NCBI RefSeq assembly: GCF_009914755.1
Contig: NC_060933.1
Source: the human T2T-CHM13v2.0 reference genome, Homo sapiens
DNA length: 64,000 nucleotides
Strand: one strand, 5' to 3'
Shown: positions 56,734-64,000 of the stretch, one piece after another
How the letters are laid out: each line of letters begins with the position of its first letter
How positions within the stretch are numbered: position 1 is the first letter of the stretch
The notes under the pieces: generated by a model
The model's database searches: none
What the model saw: only the letters and a program-made list of their open reading frames with translations
Told to the model about the DNA's origin: nothing
Translations under genes and position numbers: made by a program

Positions 56734-57177
56734 TGTTGCAGGCTGAGAGAATGAGAGTCGTGATCAACTCAGTATACCACTGGAGGCTATATGAGTAAAC
56801 AGCAAACTGTTCTCATAAAAGCAGGATGTTGGCAAATTGACAAACTGCGTCTGCTGCCCAGAAGAAATGCTGAGGGCAGTCATGCCCCAAGCGCAGTGTT
56901 TCTTGTGATTAGGCACATCTGAAGCCTGTTAGCAATAAGGTGAACCTGTGATCAATTAAGCAGCTGACCAATTGTTACCTCTTCCTCCCTGCTCTTTCTA
57001 CCCAATAAATATGAAGGGCTGCAGAAGCTCAGGACTTCTGCCTTTGCTCACTAGAAACAGGGAGCCCTCTTCTTCCCCTGGCCCTTTTCTTTAAAATAGT
57101 TACTTTTGTTTTAAGTTTTCATTTCTGCGTTCGTCCCCCTTCATTCAGTCCCATAGTAACTGTGACAAACTGTGGCA
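56734..57177 (+). promoter_or_regulatory. 3' LTR (LTR3A-like), 444 bp
   Basis: About 93% identical to the 5' LTR by manual count; TG...CA termini. Confidence 0.85.
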
Positions 57178-57711
57178 ATCAAGTATAATTCAGATTTTGG
57201 ATATTGTGTTTTGAAGTTCTAAATTTCCATTATTTTCATTTATACCTTTTATTTCCCTGCTAAGATGTTCTGTCTTTCCATTTGTTTTGAGGATATTAGA
57301 CCTTAGCTTGTAGATCACATTATCATAGCTGATTTGGAAGTCATTGTTTCATAATTTCAATATTTGAATTATCTTGCGATTGGCATTCATCTTCAGACCA
57401 TAGTTCCCACGGTCAGAGAGAAGGATTCACCTTCCTGAAAGTTTTAGGTATTTGTTATGCTCACCACACACTACTACTCAGCTGCTGTGAAGCTTCAAAA
57501 CTAAGACACACCTGGAACCTGGGTAGAACAGAAAAATAAAATGAAACAAAAACCTGAGGATACTGTCTCTGTCCCATAAAGGTTCCCATTCCTGCTTCTC
57601 TGGTGAAAAAAATAAAAAGAGAGAGACAGATATTCTTTTGGAGGTATTTCTGTCCATGCTTAGTATATAGTTTTAGGATTTGACTGCACTTGAGACTGTA
57701 TTATATAGAAT

Positions 57712-57742
57712 AAAACAAAACAAAACAAAACAAAATGAAAAC
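57712..57742 (+). repeat. (CAAAA)n simple repeat
   Basis: aaaacaaaacaaaacaaaacaaaa. Confidence 0.85.
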
Positions 57743-58893
57743 AGAAAATGTACCACTTGAGTTTTTAGTATTTTCAATTCTAATTTTCTTACCCAATCTA
57801 CCTGCTACAATTTACTGTTGAGAGTCCTCAGATTGCTATCTACTGCATTCGATCTAGGCTTCTATTTGTATTTCTTGGGAGAGGAGGGATAACGTGCTTA
57901 TTCAACCTTATTTAAACCCAAAACTCTACTATTTATTTTTTAAAATTAGTTTGGCCTTTATATTTCCATTTTCAAAATTCTTTACTCTTTTCTGATTATT
58001 TATTTGTCATAGCATTCATTTTCCCTTTATGTATGTGATTTAGCTTTGTCTCGCTAATGATTTCAATTAGAAGGTTATAGTTTGAGATTTTCAAATATGA
58101 TATCCCTTGTTCTATTTGCTTTGACTCTTTTTTTGGACAGCTTTCCTCAGATTTCTGGTTTCTTGATTTTCTACTTCTTATTTACTAAAATTTACTAACT
58201 AGGAATTTTGTGTTAGTGGACAAAATTTCATTATAGGGTAATTAGAAAATGAGTTGACAGTTCATTGGGGGAACTCCAAAATATAAATATGTGAAAATAT
58301 TTTAAATCTTTCATTCTTCTTTTCAAGCGTGGAAGTGGAGTGGTGGTAAAATATGCTGATCTTCTGGGAGCTGGGTGGGAGAGTGACTCTCAACACACCA
58401 GCATTCAGTGTGAAGACATTCTAGACTGTCACAGTCCGCTGGAATTCTCCCATGCAAATATCCCCTCTGTTTTCAGACACTGGCCTTTATTCCTGCCTTT
58501 TTTTAATGTTGTTTGTCCAGACTTTCTTTAGGTCAGTTTCTCCAGAGAGTAAACATTTGATCCCCTGCCCAGGAGTGGGACATGGATAAAGAAGAGTTAA
58601 CAACTTGGCCTTTTAAAGTAAGAGAGAGTTCAGGGACTCTGTCTGCTTTATATATTGTTTTCTAGCAATTCTTCTGTTTAATTATTGCCAACTTGAGTAC
58701 CTTGTGTCTCCAAGTCCTAGGCACAATATCCATCAGTGAATTTGCCCGCTTGTCAATAGTACTCTTGTCAGGAGGCACTTCAGGTTGGGCTCTCTTTACC
58801 TTGATAAGTCAGTTATATCTCCCCATGTACCCACTTCTCCCAAATAAAAGTTTTTATGCTGCAATCTTATTTTCTATATTTGTCTATATGGAT

Positions 58894-59330
58894 TTCTATG
58901 GTTTGAACATGTCCCCCAAAAGTTCATGTGCTGAAAACTTGATCCCCATTGCAGCAGTGCTGAGAGGTGGGACCTTTGGAAGGCAGAGCCCTCATGAACA
59001 GATAAATCCATTCACAAATGAATGGATTAATGAATTAATGGGTTACTAAGGGGGAATGGGTTAATTATCACAAGAGTGAGACTGTTATAAAAGGCCAGTT
59101 TTGCCATGTCTTGGGAGTCCCCTCACCATGTGATGCCCTGTGTCACATGGGGTCTCTGCAGTGTTCCACCAGCAAGAGGTCCTCACCAGATGTGGACCCA
59201 GCATCCAGACTACCCAGCATCCAGAACCATTGGACTACCCAGCATCCAGAACTATAAGAAATACATTTCTTTTCCTCATAAATTATCCTGTCTGTGATAT
59301 TCTGTTATAGCAACAGAAAAAAGACTAAGA
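58894..59330 (+). mobile_element. MST-type MaLR solo LTR (MSTB1/C/D-like)
   Basis: ctatggtttgaacatgtcccccaaaagttcatgtg...gaggtgggacctttg...tattctgttatagcaacagaaaa..gactaaga. Confidence 0.82.
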
Positions 59331-61159
59331 TGTGAACTTAAAACTTTATTGTCATTCCTGTAATAGCATTTAGTGTATTCCTAGGAGAAAGAGGTGAGAA
59401 ACAAGATTTTTAATTTTTAAAATAGAAGTTTAATGTATTGTTTTACTTAAATAAATTAGAGATCACTAAGAGCTGATTAAAGCCAAAAAATGCCTTGATC
59501 CTTAGTGTTAAAATTTACCTTTCCAAGTTGGATCATGCACTTAAGACAATAATAACAAAACAGTGCTGCCACAGTTTTCTAAGTAGGTCCAAGAAGTAAA
59601 TGAGTAAAAGACAAGTCCTTATATCTGATGCATTATTTTGGGTGACATGGTCCTGCAGGGACCTGTTGTAATTGATAAAAAGAAATAAATTATGTCTACA
59701 GAGAAGATTGCTGAAATTTGCATATCCTTTTTGTTTGAAGGATACGTCAGTACTCAACCTGACCCACTGGACTTTATTTGAATAAGAACCTTGGCAGGGG
59801 CCCAGCCCAAGTAATTTATAGTCTAAGAGGGGTAATTTATATTACATCCAATATCTTCTACCTTATTCCATAAGAAGAATGACCTGGCCCTGAGAGAATC
59901 TCGACCAGGCAAGAACGGAATAAAAAGGGAGAGGAACTGATATGTAACACTCCAATAGTCATAATATATACGTGGATTAGGTGAGACTGAAATAGGGCAT
60001 TATTAATGCATTTAGCTATTTTAGGAAACATATACCACCTCAAGTAATGCAAACAGTCTGAGAGACCTTAATGGCAACTTCTGGTTAACTGTTCTGCTAT
60101 TCTGTTAACATGTAAATAGAGTTGTTATGTGACTTGTGGTGGTTTGAAGAAACATTTTACTTTCAGTCACCAAAATGGTACTGTTTGAAAGCTGTTCTCC
60201 CAGATTGATGACAGTGAAGGTCATGGGCTTCAGCAAGGCAATTAGCAAGTACAGCAATGATTGTCTCAGGTTTTCAGAACATTTACCACTGAGATAAAAC
60301 CTTGGTTTTTATTTTCAAGGATATCCTGCAGTAGGCAAAGTAATGCAATTATTCTCAGAGGAAGTACACAGTGATAGAACAATGGGAACACTTAAAAGGT
60401 GCCCTTAACCATTTTCACATAAAGGGAAGGCTGAAAAGCCTCTGTTCATTCATTTATGATGTCATTATAAAATGCCTTGGAAACCAAGATTCATGAATGT
60501 AAATTGCTAGGGAAGCAATTGACATAATTAGTGGAGGAGAAAATGTTCTTTAAAAATGTTTTTACAATCAGAGCTTAGATATAGTGGTCTTTGAATTTGT
60601 GAATACTGGTATTCAAGTTTGGCTTGGAGATGTTTTTTTCTTTCTTGTGTATCCATTGGGCATAAAGGAGTATTAGACTTTGTACTCACCTTGTTATTTT
60701 AAAACAGTGCTATGTGTTTGACATCAGTGGTGCCTGAGCATTTATGAATTTTGATCAACACTTTTCTATGCACATTCTATTCCAGACGTTCCTTAATATT
60801 GTTAAAATAAATTTCCAAGCAAAATGACACAATTTAAGACATGTCAAACTTTTAAAAATTGTCGATTTATTTTATTTTGGACATGCCCAGGCCTTTCTAA
60901 TTTCATAGTTTATGGTGATTACAACAAAAATAACCACAGAGAAATACATCAAATTCTGTATGTCAATTCTATAAGAGGCTTGATGGGATTTCATAGCAAT
61001 GACTATAAAAAATAATCAGTTATAATTTTATTTCTATCTTAAATAATATTGAAAGGCACAACCTTAAACAGTAGTTTCCCATTGTGATTCAATATATAAT
61101 TAAAACTAAATAGGCTTTGTAATATACTTATCAATTTTTTTATTTTAAAACATTATAAT

Positions 61160-61280
61160 TGGAAGATGTAATAATAGTCCCTACCTTATAAGGTTGTTAC
61201 ATTTCAATGAATTAGAGTTCATGCAAAACGCCTAAAATCATGCCTGAAACATAGTAAACATTCAATAAATTATATTTATT
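61160..61280 (+). mobile_element. MIR 3' fragment
   Basis: taataatagtccctaccttataaggttgtt...tgcctgaaacatagtaaacattcaataaat. Confidence 0.65.
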
Positions 61281-61832
61281 ACACAATTAACAATAGAATT
61301 TACAGTTTGCCTGACAATTACAGTTAGAGTTGAGTACGGTTTTATGCTCCACCATTAATCTTTTTGACAAATGTTCAACTTTCCTATATTTAGATTGAGC
61401 TCTTAATATTCATTTAAAACATCTAGGGTTATGTCTTTCATTTCAGTAAATACTTCCTAAACCTTCACAAATGTAGTGACTAATCTATACCCCAAATATT
61501 CTCTATAACCATGATCTGGTAGCTAGGCCACATAAATAAAACATAAAAATTACAGAAATTCACCAATTAAACATGCCATAACTATATCTTAATAGCAGAT
61601 GCTTTTTTCAATAAAATGTATATAGTGAATAATATTTTAAGACGGAGTTTCTCCTTAACGTTTAAAAAATATTCCTCCCCAGGTAAATGTTACACCAAAG
61701 GCAAATTTTGTTAATGTTCGATTCTCACACAGGAAAGTTTATAACAAATATCAACTGGCACAAAAACTGATTTAATGATTTATCTCCTCAAAAATCTACA
61801 CACAAAAATTGAATGATTTATACTTCTCAGAC

Positions 61833-61894
61833 TTCAGAGTCCAAGGTTCTGTATAAGTAACCTGTTCAGAGTCCAGGGTTCTGTACAAGTAACC
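61833..61894 (+). repeat. Tandem duplication, period 32 bp
   Basis: ttcagagtccaaggttctgtataagtaacc-tg-ttcagagtccagggttctgtacaagtaacc (2 mismatches). Confidence 0.9.
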
Positions 61895-62330
61895 ATGTAA
61901 CCTCAGTTATAAAAAAAAAATTTATTTGATGCTGCCAATGGGAAGGAATATAGCTGGCACAATAACAGGGGTTAACAGACATTTGCAAAATTCAGAAACT
62001 CTTCTTTCAAGAAGTTATAGATCTAGGAGTCTCTTTAGGAAATAAAGTCCATTAGTATGGGGCAGGAGACAAATAAAACTGAGACACATTGGGCCCATTC
62101 TCTAGAACGAGGGTTTTGGCATGTTCAATGGGTTGTCAAGTAAAGTTTGAGTCCCTAGCAGAGAATCAGCTGTAAATCAGGAATGGAAGAAGAGCCTGTA
62201 TTTACAAAGACTGAGAATGCATAGAAAACACTGTGAATACACGTAAGAGACTCATGGCAGATACACATGATTTGTTCTTAGGTCAGTGAGCCTAACTCTG
62301 AGTTTTGCTAATTCAGCTGATATTATTTCT

Positions 62331-62554
62331 TTTTCTTTCTTTGCAACCTCCGCCTCCCAGCTTCAAGCGATTCCCCCTGCCTTGGCCTCCCCAGTAGCTG
62401 GGATTACAGGTGCCCACCACCATGTCCAGCTAATTTTTTTGTATTTTTAATAGAGATGAGGTTTCATCATGTTAGCCAGGCTGGTCTCGAACAATCCGCC
62501 CGCCTTGGCCTCCCAAACTGCTGGGATAATAGGTGTGAGGCACCACGCCCAGCC
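62331..62554 (-). mobile_element. AluS with two internal deletions
   Basis: Lacks the distal right arm and a short left-arm segment; TSD t(c/t)agctga(t/c)attatttct at 62313-62330 and 62555-62572. Confidence 0.88.
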
Positions 62555-62956
62555 TTAGCTGACATTATTTCTACCACTACCTTAAATGAGGTTTGACTCC
62601 TAGTACATTACCTGACTCAGGCTCACCCAATTCCCCAGCTAATCCAGGCCACACTGCAAGTGAAGGTCTCTAATTTTCCAGCTACCTGGGGAAGGGATTG
62701 GTGGGTAGTAGTCTTTTAGAAGCAAAGCCTGGCAAAGCCTAAAGATTCGGGAAGATGCCTCACCAGAAAATTTCCAGTTTGGTTCCATGACATGGACTCC
62801 AGCATAATCCCATCAAAAGCTTTTGTCTTTTTCTACTGATTCTGCAACAAAGAATTTCAATTAATAACTTCCTTTAAATGACTTCACATTATCTTGTGCT
62901 GTGACACTGGACTTTAGAGAACTTGATCTGATTCGCCAAATGGATCATGCTCTTTA

Positions 62957-63301
<345 letters not shown>

Positions 63302-64000
63302 TCATTCATATGGGTTCAGCAATCTTTGAACTGCACTCTAGCTCCTTCAGAACTTTCATAATTGATTTATATTTAGTTAATGACAAGGTAAAAAGATTTG
63401 ACTGAGTGAGCTTAGGAATGCTCTAGTATAAGTTCACCACATTGGCCAAGCTTTAATTTAGTTCCTCTCTCTTTATAGACTCTAGCCCCATCTTTTTTGG
63501 GAAAGCAAGTTATGCTGCCAAAAGTCCAACTTTCACAGGTCCTAAAATCTCCTTCTTCGGTGTATTTTTCTCAGGAGTTAATGCTTGTTTCACTGTTTCT
63601 CTAATGATCAATAAGGTATGCCATAACCAACTAAAGATTCAGAAATTATGCATTGACACCAGAGTCCTCAAATCACCTGACATTTTTGATGGGTAAATCT
63701 GAGTTAACTGATTTTCTACCACATCCTTTTGGCAACACCCCCCCCCTTTTTTTTTTTTTTAGGATTGCTTTCTATATTCCCGGTCTGGCTGCCTGCTTTA
63801 TTCTATACTGAGCAGATGGGTCTCTTACCCTTATTCCCGTAGAAGCCAACATTTGGACCAAAGGCAGATTTACCTAGAGGCTAATTGGTCTTAAAAACTT
63901 AAGTGGCTTCTCACCTAAAAGACCCCTGACAGAGGTGGGAGTTGTCAGGTGTTCTATATGGAGAAGGAACACTTGGCTATAATCAGGAAACATTTCCATG

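Larger units (their letters stand above)
55819..57177 (+). mobile_element. HERV-K(HML-6)/LTR3-type mini-provirus (two LTRs with a 437-bp interior)
   Basis: TG..CA LTRs 55819-56296 and 56734-57177; PBS; PPT; 6-bp TSD atcagg/atcaag (55813-55818, 57178-57183); interior has an integrase-end motif (WVPSRCVRPW) and an env-leader motif (T*GQI). Confidence 0.9.

Noticed and set aside
60683-60791. Strong minus-strand donor (AAG|gtgagt) suggesting an exon
   Set aside because: No convincing acceptor; the longer candidate has stops in all frames; unsupported without RNA data.
63738-63850. C9-T14-AG as a splice acceptor or retrocopy tail
   Set aside because: No clear donor, recognisable coding frame, TSD or known element follows; likely a simple homopolymer run.

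Overview
Primate (human-like) AT-rich, gene-poor genomic DNA dominated by interspersed repeats. I can recognise no host protein-coding exon, RNA gene or CRISPR array, and nearly all long ORFs in the track are LINE-1, Alu or LTR remnants. The window holds three full-length L1s of different ages (L1PA15/16-like on + at ~1.0-7.5 kb, L1MA-like on - at ~9.7-17.6 kb, L1PA4-like on - at 30.7-36.8 kb). It also holds several truncated or 5'-inverted L1s, seven Alu/FLAM copies, MaLR LTRs, MIR/L2 and DNA-transposon relics. The most unusual object is a 1.36-kb HERV-K(HML-6)/LTR3 mini-provirus (55819-57177). It has two complete LTRs, a PBS, a PPT and a 6-bp TSD, but its 437-bp interior looks like a spliced env-type RNA with a further large deletion, so it is a candidate non-autonomous TRIM-like element. 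Other notable items: two L1PA copies 18.4 kb apart sharing rare variants including the same frameshift, an in-frame chimeric L1 ORF, an open ORF0, a ~193-bp templated local insertion, and two twin-priming L1 inversions (one with a short 3' transduction). Subfamily names come from recalled consensus features, and identities were counted by eye; no database search was run.
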